NCBI GenBank assembly: GCA_964370185.1
Contig: CAYJIJ010000003.1
Coordinates: 2,349-66,348, forward strand
Origin: an uncultured Oscillospiraceae bacterium
GTDB taxonomy: Bacteria; Bacillota; Clostridia; Oscillospirales; Ruminococcaceae
Direction of reading: 5' to 3'
DNA length: 64,000 nt
This document shows, piece after piece, positions 25,586 through 35,822 of this stretch. Position 1 is the stretch's first letter. Every line of letters begins with the position of its first letter. The notes below the pieces were generated by a model. The model was not told where the DNA came from. It made no database searches and saw only the letters and a program-made list of their open reading frames with translations. The translations under genes and the position numbers were made by a program.

Positions 25586-26830
25586 TTATCTAATCTGCCC
25601 ATTACCTCTGATTACAAATTTATTTGTGGTGAGTGCCGAAAGTCCCATAGGGCCTCTCACATGCATCTTTTGAGTGGAAATGCCTATCTCGGCACCGTAT
25701 CCGAATTCACCACCATCGGTAAAGCGAGTAGAAGCATTTACATAGACAGCCGCCGCATCCACAGCCTTTATAAACGCACTACTATTTTGATAACTATCGG
25801 TGATAATTGCCTCTGAATGTCCGCTCGAATGCTCTTTTATATGGGATATTGCTTCATTTAAATCCTCAACCACTTTAACAGCGAGAATATAATCGCCAAA
25901 CTCGGTAAAATAATCCTCCTCGGTAGCCAAAACCGCCTCGGGGATAATTTTTCTTGTGATTTCACATCCCCTTATCTCAACATTATATTCATCGAGTGCT
26001 AATTTTAGCATGGGAAGATATTTTTCGGCTAAAGATTTATGCACGAGCAAAGTTTCCATGGCATTGCAAACAGAGGGACGGCTTGCCTTGGCATTAACTG
26101 CGATTTTCACAGCCATATCAATGTCGGCACTTTCATCCACATAGCTGTGGCATATTCCCACACCCGTCTCAATAACTGGCACTTTTGCATTTTCCACCAC
26201 GGTTTTAATAAGCCCTGCGCCACCCCTTGGGATTAATAAATCTATATAATCCGTCATGCAGAGAAGCTCTTTTACGCTTTCCCTCGAGGTGTCCTCTATG
26301 AGTAGTACTGCATCGGAGGGAATTTTGCTTTCGCCGAGTGCTTCACGCATTATGCGCACAAGCTCTTTATTTGAATTAATCGCCTCACTGCCACCTCTGA
26401 GTATGCAGCAGTTGCCCGATTTTATGCTGAGTGCGGCGGCGTCCACCGTGACATTTGGCCGTGCCTCATAAATCATTGCAATCACACCAAAAGGCACACG
26501 GGTATTGATGATGCTTAGCCCATTTGGCATACTTACCCCATCGGAAACATTGCCCACTGGGTCTTTAAGGCGCACTATCTCCCTCACCGCTTCTGCAATG
26601 GCAGAAATTCTATCCTCGTTAAGTGTAAGGCGGTCTATCAGTGAGGCTCTAATGCCTTTTTTCTTTGCCGCATCTATATCCATTTTATTTGCAGTAATTA
26701 TATTTTCAGCATTTTCGTTAAGACTTTTTGCAATCAAAAGCAGTGCATGATTTTTATCATCGGTGGAAACAGTAGCCATCACATCCGAGGCTATTTTACT
26801 CCTCCTACCAAGCTCTGTGGTATTGCTCAT
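25586..26830 (-). CDS. proA: Glutamate-5-semialdehyde dehydrogenase
   Basis: 414 aa. VIAMIYEARPNVT, CNAMETLLVH and THASTRFTDGGEFG-type motifs. Overlaps the proB stop. Confidence 0.9.
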   Translation of the reverse strand: MSNTTELGRRSKIASDVMATVSTDDKNHALLLIAKSLNENAENIITANKMDIDAAKKKGIRASLIDRLTLNEDRISAIAEAVREIVRLKDPVGNVSDGVSMPNGLSIINTRVPFGVIAMIYEARPNVTVDAAALSIKSGNCCILRGGSEAINSNKELVRIMREALGESKIPSDAVLLIEDTSRESVKELLCMTDYIDLLIPRGGAGLIKTVVENAKVPVIETGVGICHSYVDESADIDMAVKIAVNAKASRPSVCNAMETLLVHKSLAEKYLPMLKLALDEYNVEIRGCEITRKIIPEAVLATEEDYFTEFGDYILAVKVVEDLNEAISHIKEHSSGHSEAIITDSYQNSSAFIKAVDAAAVYVNASTRFTDGGEFGYGAEIGISTQKMHVRGPMGLSALTTNKFVIRGNGQIR

Positions 26831-27612
26831 TATTTTACCCCCTTAAAGAGTGTGCCCACTCCATCTTTTTCGAATATATCATATAGCACATCGGGATTTT
26901 TTCCATTTACTATCAGCATATCTATCCCTGATTCAGTAGCAAGTTTTGCCGCATGAATTTTAGTAATCATCCCACCTGTACCAAGACTACTTCCTGCACC
27001 CTCAGCAAGGGATAGGATGTAATCATCAATTTTTTCCACCACATCAATTTTTTCTGCATCGGCATGATGGGAGGGGTTTTTGTTGTAAAGACCATCTATA
27101 TCACTCATGATTATCAGCAAATCGCTTTCGGTAAGCAGTGAAACTATCGCTGAAAGGGTATCGTTATCTCCAAACTCTATTTCCTCTACCGAAACAGTGT
27201 CGTTCTCATTTACAATGGGAATAACACGCAAATCGAGTAGCTTTTTAAATGTGTTCACAACATTTTCCCTGCGGTGGTCACTCTCGATTACATCCCTTGT
27301 TAAGAGCACCTGCGCCACATGGTGGTGATACCCTGAAAACATTTTATCATATGTATACATAAGCTCGGATTGTCCCACTGCCGCCATCGCCTGCTTTGAA
27401 GGCATATCGGAGGGTCTATCCATGCCAAGCTTGCCCATCCCCACTGCGACAGCACCCGAGGAAACAAGTATTATTTCCTTACCGCTATTTTTTATATCAG
27501 AAATAACCTTTATTAGCGATTCAAGCCGCCTAATATTAACAAGGCCTTTTTCATGAGTAAGCGTTGAGCTACCCACTTTTATAACAATTCTCTTTACCTT
27601 TTCAAAAGACAT
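26830..27612 (-). CDS. proB: Glutamate 5-kinase (short form, no PUA domain)
   Basis: RIVIKVGSSTLT...LVSSGAVAVG...GDNDTLSA...GTGGMITKIHAA. ATG at 27612. Confidence 0.88.
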   Translation of the reverse strand: MSFEKVKRIVIKVGSSTLTHEKGLVNIRRLESLIKVISDIKNSGKEIILVSSGAVAVGMGKLGMDRPSDMPSKQAMAAVGQSELMYTYDKMFSGYHHHVAQVLLTRDVIESDHRRENVVNTFKKLLDLRVIPIVNENDTVSVEEIEFGDNDTLSAIVSLLTESDLLIIMSDIDGLYNKNPSHHADAEKIDVVEKIDDYILSLAEGAGSSLGTGGMITKIHAAKLATESGIDMLIVNGKNPDVLYDIFEKDGVGTLFKGVK

Positions 27613-28014
27613 TCTGCCCACCCCCACTTAAAGATAAATACTATCAAGTTGTTGATATTGTAATTATAATACATGCATATACAGTTTAGTATAACACAAA
27701 TAAGAAATTTTTGTATACATTTTTTTGCGGTAATTTTGCTTTGAAAAGTGAAAATATTACACTTTTATTACCGCAAAACGATAAAGGGAAAAAACTGCCA
27801 CTATATTGCCCCACATTAGCCTTTGATTTGCCATTTGAAAAAATAGTAGAATATAATAGGAAAAAGCCGAATTATTGCCATTAATAGGGAATTTTGATTG
27901 ACTAAGGAAGCGGTTTTGTGGTAGAATTAAGGGATTGAAAAGGTGGAAAAATCTTTTTGTTCCTCGGTGATTTTTTGAATAAATAAATCATCAAATAAAA
28001 TGAATGAGGTTGTA

Positions 28015-28614
28015 ATGTATATAAATTTTCTTAAACCAATAATAGATTTTGTATTAGCTGTTATTGGTATATTTTTGCTATCACCACTATTTTTAGTTTT
28101 GATAATAATGATAAAAATTGAATCAAAGGGTCCGATTTTTTTCACACAGAAAAGAGTTGGCAAAAATAAAAAACACTTTAAAATTCTTAAATTTCGCACA
28201 ATGAAGATTGATACCCCAAAAGACTGTCCTACACATTTGCTTGAAAATCCAGAACAATATATAACAAGAGTGGGAAAATTTTTGCGCAAAACTTCGCTTG
28301 ACGAATTGCCACAGTTTTTCAATCTTCTATTTTTTCAAATGAGTATAGTAGGGCCAAGGCCTGCGCTATGGAATCAGTTTGACTTAATAGATGAGCGTGA
28401 TAAATATGGTGCGAATAATATCATGCCAGGGATTACTGGCTGGGCACAAGTCAACGGACGAGATGAGCTTGAAATCCCTTTAAAGGCTAAATTTGACGGT
28501 GAATATGTAGAGAAGATGAGTTTCTTTTTTGATGTAAAATGTCTTTTCCTCACGGTGTATAAAGTCTTAATTAGCGATGGAGTAAAAGAAGGCAAAGAGG
28601 TGGTGCACAAGTGA
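28015..28614 (+). CDS. Undecaprenyl-phosphate sugar phosphotransferase (small PglC/WbaP-C-type initiating transferase)
   Basis: Re-entrant helix plus the KFRTM...DELPQ...VGPRP motifs of the bacterial sugar transferase family. Confidence 0.85.
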   Translation: MYINFLKPIIDFVLAVIGIFLLSPLFLVLIIMIKIESKGPIFFTQKRVGKNKKHFKILKFRTMKIDTPKDCPTHLLENPEQYITRVGKFLRKTSLDELPQFFNLLFFQMSIVGPRPALWNQFDLIDERDKYGANNIMPGITGWAQVNGRDELEIPLKAKFDGEYVEKMSFFFDVKCLFLTVYKVLISDGVKEGKEVVHK

Positions 28615-29483
28615 AGCGTATTCTCATAACAGGGAAAAATAGTTATATTGGAAATTCGTTTGAGGAGTATATGCAGAAATTTGATGGCTATCAGATAGAT
28701 ACTGTCGATATGATGAGCGACACTTGGCAGGAAAAGAATTTTTCAGAGTATGATGTGGTTTTTCATGTGGCAGGGATTGCTCATTCAGACAACGGTAAGA
28801 TATCACTTGAAAAATCAGGGCAATATTATAATGTAAACTGTGAATTAGCAGAAAAGACAGCCCGAAAGTGCAAATCAGAAAAAGTAGGACAGTTTATTTA
28901 TATGAGCAGTATGATTATTTTTGGAGAGAGTTCTAAAATTGGAAAAGAAAAAATGATCACAAGCGATACACCCCCATCACCCATAAATGCATATGGAGAT
29001 AGTAAATTACAAGCAGAGATTAGACTAAAAGAATTAGATGATGAAAATTTTAATATAGTTATTTTACGCCCACCAATGGTTTATGGGAAAGATAGTAAAG
29101 GCAACTATCCAATACTTTCTAAAATCGCAAACAAACTACCAATATTTCCGAATGTAAATAATAAGCGTAGTATGATTTATATAGAAAATCTTTGTGAATT
29201 TTTAAGACTTTTGATTTTAAATAACGAGAGTGGTGTTTTCATGCCACAAAATGAAGAGTATGTAAGCACAAGTAATATGGTGAAATGCATTGCAAAATGT
29301 AGTGGGAAAAATATAATTTTAACAAGAATATTTAATCCTGCACTGTATATCATCTCTCATTTTATGAGCGTTGCAAATAAAGCATTCGGAACACTAACAT
29401 ACGAAATGAGTCTTAGCGATTATAGGGAAAATTATAGGATATGTGATTTTGAAGAGAGTATAAGAAGAACTGAAAGGAATTAG
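28611..29483 (+). CDS. NAD-dependent epimerase/dehydratase-family protein
   Basis: ILITGKNSYIGNSF Rossmann start and YGDSKLQAE (YxxxK). GTG start overlaps the upstream stop. Confidence 0.7.
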   Translation: MKRILITGKNSYIGNSFEEYMQKFDGYQIDTVDMMSDTWQEKNFSEYDVVFHVAGIAHSDNGKISLEKSGQYYNVNCELAEKTARKCKSEKVGQFIYMSSMIIFGESSKIGKEKMITSDTPPSPINAYGDSKLQAEIRLKELDDENFNIVILRPPMVYGKDSKGNYPILSKIANKLPIFPNVNNKRSMIYIENLCEFLRLLILNNESGVFMPQNEEYVSTSNMVKCIAKCSGKNIILTRIFNPALYIISHFMSVANKAFGTLTYEMSLSDYRENYRICDFEESIRRTERN

Positions 29484-29494
29484 CATATAAAAAT

Positions 29495-30739
29495 ATGAAG
29501 AGCATTTGGATTTTTTGTCAGCATACCTCGCCACCCGAGCATGGACATTTTAATAGACATTTTAATTTTTCGGTCAACTTAAAGAAAAAAGGCTATGAGC
29601 CTACTATTTTTGCAGGAAGTGTGCCCCATAATACGGATACACAACTAATAAAAGGTAAAGAAAAGTTTATGATATATGATAAGCATGGTTTTGATTATGT
29701 TTACATAAAAACTTGTCTTTATAATAAAAGTGGTAAAAAAAGGCTTATCGCAATGCTCGAGTATTATTTTGGATTATTTACCACATATAAAAAATATCTC
29801 AAGCCGGGAAATGCTAAACCAGATGTGATAATTGGTTCAAGTGTACATCCACTCGCCTGTGTGGCAGGGATACTAATTGCAAAAAAATTAGGTGTACCAT
29901 GCATATCAGAAATTAAAGATCTATGGCCTGAGAGCATAGTTGCCTATTCAAGCCGTTTTACCAAAAAACATCCACTTATTAAGCTTTTGTATATGCTCGA
30001 AAAGTGGATTTATAAAAAATCGGACGCTCTTATCTTCACTATGCAGGGCGGAGCGGATTATATAAAAGACATGGGCTGGGATAAAGCTATTGACCTATCA
30101 AAAGTTCACCATATAAACAACGGTGTGGACTTAGAAGCTTTTGACTACAATAGAGATAATTTTATAACAGACGACACCGACCTTGAAAATGACGATATAT
30201 TTAAAGTTGTTTACACAGGTTCAATAAGACGAGTGAATAATCTTGGTATATTACTCGATGCGGCAAAGCTTATAACAGAGCCTAAAATAAAATTACTCAT
30301 TTGGGGTGGTGGCGATGAGCTTGAAGCATTAAAGCAGAGGGTTTTGGAGGAAAATATCACGAATGTGCTTTTTAATGGTAGTGTGGATAAAAAATATGTG
30401 CCCTATATTTTAAGTAGGGCTGATGTGAATTTGTCCCATTATTCCTATTCTGAAATAAATCGATATGGCACAAGTAGAAATAAAATGTTTGAGTACTTAG
30501 CTTCTAATAAACCAGTAATTTCCACCGAGTGGGATAATTATGAGCTTATTAAAAAGTATTTTTGTGGAGTTTCAATGCAATGTGATAGTATGGAAGAAAT
30601 TGCTTCACTTATAAATCAAATGTATAATATCGATGATGCCACAAAAAAAATCATGGCAACTAACGCCCGAGAAGCCGCCAAACAATACGATTTTAAAGTC
30701 CTTACAAGAAAACTGATAGATATAGTAGAAAAATTATAA
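29495..30739 (+). CDS. Glycosyltransferase family 4 (WbuB-like)
   Basis: 414 aa GT-B fold. The N-terminus IWIFCQHTSPPEHGHFNRHFNF is typical of the WbuB-like subgroup. Confidence 0.7.
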   Translation: MKSIWIFCQHTSPPEHGHFNRHFNFSVNLKKKGYEPTIFAGSVPHNTDTQLIKGKEKFMIYDKHGFDYVYIKTCLYNKSGKKRLIAMLEYYFGLFTTYKKYLKPGNAKPDVIIGSSVHPLACVAGILIAKKLGVPCISEIKDLWPESIVAYSSRFTKKHPLIKLLYMLEKWIYKKSDALIFTMQGGADYIKDMGWDKAIDLSKVHHINNGVDLEAFDYNRDNFITDDTDLENDDIFKVVYTGSIRRVNNLGILLDAAKLITEPKIKLLIWGGGDELEALKQRVLEENITNVLFNGSVDKKYVPYILSRADVNLSHYSYSEINRYGTSRNKMFEYLASNKPVISTEWDNYELIKKYFCGVSMQCDSMEEIASLINQMYNIDDATKKIMATNAREAAKQYDFKVLTRKLIDIVEKL

Positions 30740-30760
30740 TATAGAGGAGCAAAAAACAAG

Positions 30761-31927
30761 ATGAACATTACAGTAGTGGGAGCAGGTTATGTAGGACTAT
30801 CAAACGCAGTTCTACTCTCCACTAAATATAAAGTAAAAGTAATTGATATAGTTGCTGAAAAAGTTGCTATGCTAAATAATCACCGCTCTCCCATAGAAGA
30901 TGAATATATAAAAGATTACCTTGCAAACAAAGAGCTCGACTTAACCGCTACAACCGATAAAATTTTTGCATATAAAGATGCAGAATTTATAATAATCTGC
31001 ACACCAACCGACTACGACGAAAACACAGAGCTACTCGATACCTCAAGCATTGATGCCACAATAAAAGATGTTTTAGAGATTAACAAAAAGGCTACCATCG
31101 TAATTCGCTCAACTATTCCAATTGGTTATGTGGATATGGCGAGAGAACGCTTTGAAAAAGAAAATATCTTTTTTGCACCCGAATTTTTAAGAGAAGGTAA
31201 GGCACTCGAAGATAATCTTTACCCCTCGAGAATAGTTGTTGGTAGCCATAGTGCCGAGGCTGAAAAATTTGCTAAATTGCTTTCAAGCTGTGCATTGTCA
31301 GAGGATGTGCCAATGGTGTTTACCGACACAGTTGAAGCTGAGTCAATAAAACTCTTCGCAAACACATATCTTGCTATGAGGGTATCTTTCTTTAATGAGC
31401 TCGATACATATGCAGAGCTGAAAGGTCTAAATGCCAAGCAAATTGTAGACGGTGTTTGTCTCGACCCAAGAATAGGGCATAGATACAATAATCCTTCCTT
31501 TGGGTATGGTGGATACTGTTTGCCCAAAGACTCAAAACAGCTTAAATCTAATTTTAAGGGAATACCAAATGATGTTATTTCGGCGGTTGTGAATGCAAAT
31601 AATACAAGAAAAGAGCATATTGCACAGCAGATAATAAAAAGAAATCCTAAAAAAGTGGGCATATATAGACTTATAGCCAAGACGGAAACGGATAATTTTA
31701 GACAATCGGCTATTTTAGATATTATCGAAAAGCTCAAAAACAGCAAAATCCCTCTCATGATTTATGAGCCTACTTTGAAAGTCGAAACATTTATGGGTGT
31801 GGATTTAATTAGGAGTTTAGAGGAATTTAAGTCTGCTTGCGAAGTGATAGTTGCAAATAGATTTGCTGAAGAACTCAGAGATGTAGAGGAAAAAGTGTAC
31901 ACCAAAGATTTATATTTTAGAGATTAG
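30761..31927 (+). CDS. ugd: UDP-glucose 6-dehydrogenase-family nucleotide-sugar dehydrogenase
   Basis: VVGAGYVGLSNA Rossmann motif and catalytic FGYGGYCLPKD motif. 388 aa. Confidence 0.85.
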   Translation: MNITVVGAGYVGLSNAVLLSTKYKVKVIDIVAEKVAMLNNHRSPIEDEYIKDYLANKELDLTATTDKIFAYKDAEFIIICTPTDYDENTELLDTSSIDATIKDVLEINKKATIVIRSTIPIGYVDMARERFEKENIFFAPEFLREGKALEDNLYPSRIVVGSHSAEAEKFAKLLSSCALSEDVPMVFTDTVEAESIKLFANTYLAMRVSFFNELDTYAELKGLNAKQIVDGVCLDPRIGHRYNNPSFGYGGYCLPKDSKQLKSNFKGIPNDVISAVVNANNTRKEHIAQQIIKRNPKKVGIYRLIAKTETDNFRQSAILDIIEKLKNSKIPLMIYEPTLKVETFMGVDLIRSLEEFKSACEVIVANRFAEELRDVEEKVYTKDLYFRD

Positions 31928-31937
31928 AGGGGAAAGT

Positions 31938-33062
31938 ATGCAGTTTATAGATTTAAAATCCCAGTACAGGGCACTGAAAGACGAAATAGACAGCTCCATA
32001 CACGCAGTACTCGACCATGGTCAGTACATCATGGGCAAAGAAGTAGCAGAATTTGAAGAAATGCTCAGTGACTACACGGGGGCAAAACACGCAATCACCT
32101 GTGCAAACGGCACCGATGCACTGCAAATGGTCTTCATGGCTTGTGGAATAGGCAGTGGGGATGCAGTATTCTGCCCGAATGTAACATTTATCGCGAGTGT
32201 GGAGCCTGCTTGTATGCTCGGGGCTACACCCGTCTTCTGTGACATAGAAGAAGATAGCTATAATATCTGTCCTAAATCCCTTGTGCGACAGATTGAAAAT
32301 GTAAAAAGAAAAGGCGTGCACAAACCTAAAGCAGTTGTAGCGGTGGATTTTTTAGGAAATCCATGTGATTTTGACGAGTTAAGGGCGGTTTGTGATAGAT
32401 ATAATTTACTGCTAATCGAAGATGCGGCACAGAGCTTTGGTGCGTCATATAAGGGTAAGAAATGCTGCTCTTTCGGTGATATTGCCACCACCTCATTCTT
32501 CCCTGCAAAGCCACTCGGTTGCTATGGGGACGGCGGTGCGGTCTTTACCGATAACGACGAAATCGCCGAGGTTATAAAATCAATTAGAGTACATGGCAAA
32601 GGTGCATCAAAATACGACAATGTCAGAGTCGGCACAAATTCAAGGCTTGACACTATACAGGCGGCGATTTTAAAGGTTAAGCTAAAGGCACTGAAAGAAT
32701 ACGAAATAAACAACAGGCAGGAAATAGCCGAGTATTACGACAATGCGTTTAAAGGAAAATTCACTACCCCATTTGTGGGAGAAGAAAATATTTCCGCCTA
32801 TGCGCAATATGCGCTTTTAGCAAAGGATAAAGAGCAAAGGGATAAAATTATCACAGCTTTAAATAAGGCGAATATCCCAAACATGGTATACTACCCAACA
32901 CCACAGCATCTGCTTAAAGTGTTTGAGGGAAACATGTATTTAGAGGAAGATTTTAAAAATTCAGTATCATATTGCGAGAGGACATTTAGCTTGCCATTTC
33001 ATCCATATCTGAGTGATGCCGAGCAGGATGAAATTATAAAGGCTGTTTTGGAGGCTGTATAA
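31938..33062 (+). CDS. DegT/DnrJ/EryC1/StrS-family sugar aminotransferase (WbpE-like)
   Basis: QFIDLKSQYRALKDEI...ITCANGTDAL...FFPAKPLGCYGDGG (PLP lysine region). Confidence 0.85.
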   Translation: MQFIDLKSQYRALKDEIDSSIHAVLDHGQYIMGKEVAEFEEMLSDYTGAKHAITCANGTDALQMVFMACGIGSGDAVFCPNVTFIASVEPACMLGATPVFCDIEEDSYNICPKSLVRQIENVKRKGVHKPKAVVAVDFLGNPCDFDELRAVCDRYNLLLIEDAAQSFGASYKGKKCCSFGDIATTSFFPAKPLGCYGDGGAVFTDNDEIAEVIKSIRVHGKGASKYDNVRVGTNSRLDTIQAAILKVKLKALKEYEINNRQEIAEYYDNAFKGKFTTPFVGEENISAYAQYALLAKDKEQRDKIITALNKANIPNMVYYPTPQHLLKVFEGNMYLEEDFKNSVSYCERTFSLPFHPYLSDAEQDEIIKAVLEAV

Positions 33063-33628
33063 TGGATTATTTTGTGCATGAGAGCAGTTATATTGACGAG
33101 GGCTGTGAAATAGGAAGCGGTACGAAGATATGGCATTTCAGCCATATCATGAAGGACTGCAAAATAGGGAAAAACTGCAATATCGGGCAGAATGTAGTCA
33201 TTTCTCCGACTGTGGTAATAGGTAATGGAGTTAAAATTCAAAACAATGTATCGCTATATGGTGGGGTTGTTTTGGAAGAGGGAGTATTTTTAGGCCCTTC
33301 CTGTGTCTTTACAAATGTGATAAACCCGAGGGCATTCATCGAAAGAAAAGATGAATTTAGGGACACTCTTATAAAAGAGGGTGCGTCAGTTGGGGCTAAT
33401 GCCACCATTGTGTGTGGTCATACAATAGGAAAATATGCACTTATTGGTGCTGGTGCAGTAATTACAAAAGATGTGCCCGATTACGCACTCATGGTGGGAA
33501 ATCCTGCAAGGGTTAAAGGGTATGTCTGCAAATGTGGGAACAAGATAGAGTTTATTGACAATACCGCAAAATGCGGTGTATGTGGGGATGAATATATTAA
33601 AAAAGATGGCGTTGTAGAGGTAAGATAG
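33062..33628 (+). CDS. Left-handed beta-helix N-acetyltransferase (WbpD-like)
   Basis: Hexapeptide repeats (IGKNCNIGQNVVISPTVVIGNGVKIQNNV). Start overlaps the stop of the aminotransferase gene. Confidence 0.8.
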   Translation: MDYFVHESSYIDEGCEIGSGTKIWHFSHIMKDCKIGKNCNIGQNVVISPTVVIGNGVKIQNNVSLYGGVVLEEGVFLGPSCVFTNVINPRAFIERKDEFRDTLIKEGASVGANATIVCGHTIGKYALIGAGAVITKDVPDYALMVGNPARVKGYVCKCGNKIEFIDNTAKCGVCGDEYIKKDGVVEVR

Positions 33629-33648
33629 CTACAATGGGGAGAGTATAT

Positions 33649-34761
33649 ATGATTAAAGTGTGCCATATGACATCTGTGCATAAAAGCCAAGATGTTCGTA
33701 TATTAAAAAAGCAGTGCACTAGCCTTGCGAAAGCTGGGTACGAGGTGTATTTAGTTGCTAAAGGTGAGAGCTATACCGAAAATGGTGTAAATGTAGTTGG
33801 TGTTGGCGAAGTAGGCGGTGGCAGACTTGCAAGAATGACGAAGCAGGCTAAATCAGTATATGAAAAAGCGATAGAGCTGGATTGTGACATATATCAGATA
33901 CATGATCCAGAGCTTTTGCCATATGTGCATAAACTTAAAAATAAAGGCAAAAAAGTTATATTCGACAGTCATGAAGATTATGTAGCACAAATAAAGCATA
34001 AGCACTACATACCAAAAATATTAAGGAATTCAGTGGCAAATTTATTTGGAGTATGTCAAAATAGCGTATTAAAGCGAATTGATGCAGTTATTTTCCCTTG
34101 TCTGATTAATGGAAAAGATATTTTTGAAGATAAATGCAAAAAATCTATTATACTCGGAAATCAGCCCCTTATAGAAGAGCTTTATGATAATTATGATGGA
34201 AATAACCAAAAGATAGCAAATACAGTTTGCTATGTAGGGGGACTAACATATACAAGAGGCATAAAACATTTGATATTAGCGTCTGCAAAAGCAAATGCTA
34301 AGACAATTTTAGGTGGTAACTTTATGCCAAAAGCATTTGAAGATGAAATGGTGAAAATGCCTGAGTTTAAATCAGTTGATTTTAGAGGCTTTTGTGACCG
34401 AAAAGAAGTGCTAAATGTATATAAGCAGTCCATGATAGGCATGTCAACACTTTTAACAGTAGGACAACAGAATATTTTAGACAATTTTGTAACCAAAATC
34501 TACGAATATATGTCAATGGGTCTACCCGTAATAATGTCGGATTACCCATATGCAAGAAAAATAAACGAAAAATACAATTTTGCAATACTCGTAAACCCCG
34601 AAGACACCGACGAAATTGCAAATGCAATTACATATCTCCTAAACAACCCGGAAATAGCAAAAGAAATGGGACAAAACGGCAGAAGGGCAGTGCTTGAGGA
34701 ATTCAACTGGGGCATAGAGGAGAAGAAACTTTTAAAACTTTACGAGGAGCTAAGCAGATGA
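33649..34761 (+). CDS. Glycosyltransferase family 4/1
   Basis: MIKVCHMTSVHKSQDVRILKK N-terminus. GT-B C-terminal domain with the E-x7-E-like region. Confidence 0.7.
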   Translation: MIKVCHMTSVHKSQDVRILKKQCTSLAKAGYEVYLVAKGESYTENGVNVVGVGEVGGGRLARMTKQAKSVYEKAIELDCDIYQIHDPELLPYVHKLKNKGKKVIFDSHEDYVAQIKHKHYIPKILRNSVANLFGVCQNSVLKRIDAVIFPCLINGKDIFEDKCKKSIILGNQPLIEELYDNYDGNNQKIANTVCYVGGLTYTRGIKHLILASAKANAKTILGGNFMPKAFEDEMVKMPEFKSVDFRGFCDRKEVLNVYKQSMIGMSTLLTVGQQNILDNFVTKIYEYMSMGLPVIMSDYPYARKINEKYNFAILVNPEDTDEIANAITYLLNNPEIAKEMGQNGRRAVLEEFNWGIEEKKLLKLYEELSR

Positions 34762-35822
34762 ACTACGCATTAATCGGCTGTGGACGAATTTCCACAAACC
34801 ATATAAGGGCATGCATAGAAAATGGCATAAATATTACCGCACTTTGCGATGTAAAGCTTGAAAACATTGACACCCTACTTGCAAAACATTCGCTCTTAAA
34901 TGACACTAATATAAAAAGATACACCGACTACAAAGAAATGATAAAAAATGAAGCTATCGACTTTGTCTCGATAGCTACTGAAAGTGGAAGCCATGCGGAG
35001 ATTGCACTTTTTTGCATAGAAAATGGCGTGCATGTGATTATCGAAAAGCCGATGGCAATGAGCATAGAAGACTGCGATAAAATAATAAAGCTTGCAGATG
35101 AAAAGAATGTGAAAGTGTCCGCCTGCCATCAAAACAGATTTAATAAATCGGTGCAAAAGCTAAAACAAGCGGTGGATGAGGGCAAATTCGGCAGAATATC
35201 CCACGCTACTGTGCATGTTCGCTGGAATAGAAACAAGGACTACTACACCCAAGCACCTTGGCGTGGTACATGGGCAGAGGATGGCGGCGCACTTATGAAT
35301 CAATGCATACATGGAATTGATTTAATCCGCTGGATTATGGGTGATGAAATTGAGGAGATATATGGCGTTACAAGGCAGGTGCTCCACGACTATTTAGAAT
35401 GTGAAGATGTGGGGCTTGCAATTGTTAAATTTAAAAATGGCAGTATCGCAAGCATTGAGGGCACTACAAATGTATATCCGAAAAACCTTGAAGAAACCGT
35501 TTATATTTTCGGCGAAAATGGCACCGCAAAGCTCGGAGGTAAATCTGCAAACAATATAGACATATGGGAATTTGCAGGTAGCAGTGAAAATTTTACAGGC
35601 TTTGAGGAAGAAACAGAAAATGTATATGGGAATGGACATGTATCGGTTTGGGCTGATTTTGTACAGGCGATAGAAGATGATAGAGCTCCATATATAGATG
35701 CTTATGCAGGCAAGAGAGCGGTGGAGAATGTGCTTGCTATTTATAAGTCCTCTAAAGAGGGTGTGGCTGTGAAGCTTCCACTTTTGGATGTTAAGAGTAC
35801 TGATTTTGAAGGGATGTTTTGA
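34758..35822 (+). CDS. Gfo/Idh/MocA-family sugar-nucleotide 3-dehydrogenase (WbpB-like)
   Basis: ALIGCGRISTNH Rossmann motif and EKPMAMS motif. Sits with the aminotransferase/acetyltransferase pair. Confidence 0.8.
   Translation: MNYALIGCGRISTNHIRACIENGINITALCDVKLENIDTLLAKHSLLNDTNIKRYTDYKEMIKNEAIDFVSIATESGSHAEIALFCIENGVHVIIEKPMAMSIEDCDKIIKLADEKNVKVSACHQNRFNKSVQKLKQAVDEGKFGRISHATVHVRWNRNKDYYTQAPWRGTWAEDGGALMNQCIHGIDLIRWIMGDEIEEIYGVTRQVLHDYLECEDVGLAIVKFKNGSIASIEGTTNVYPKNLEETVYIFGENGTAKLGGKSANNIDIWEFAGSSENFTGFEEETENVYGNGHVSVWADFVQAIEDDRAPYIDAYAGKRAVENVLAIYKSSKEGVAVKLPLLDVKSTDFEGMF

Noticed and set aside
27613-28014. Proline T-box or other leader upstream of proBA
   Set aside because: I could not find the T-box core (AGGGTGGNACCGCG-like) on the minus strand. 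The only strong hairpin (gcggtaat...attaccgc, 27727-27775) has no U-tract in either orientation. The region is more simply a divergent promoter region.
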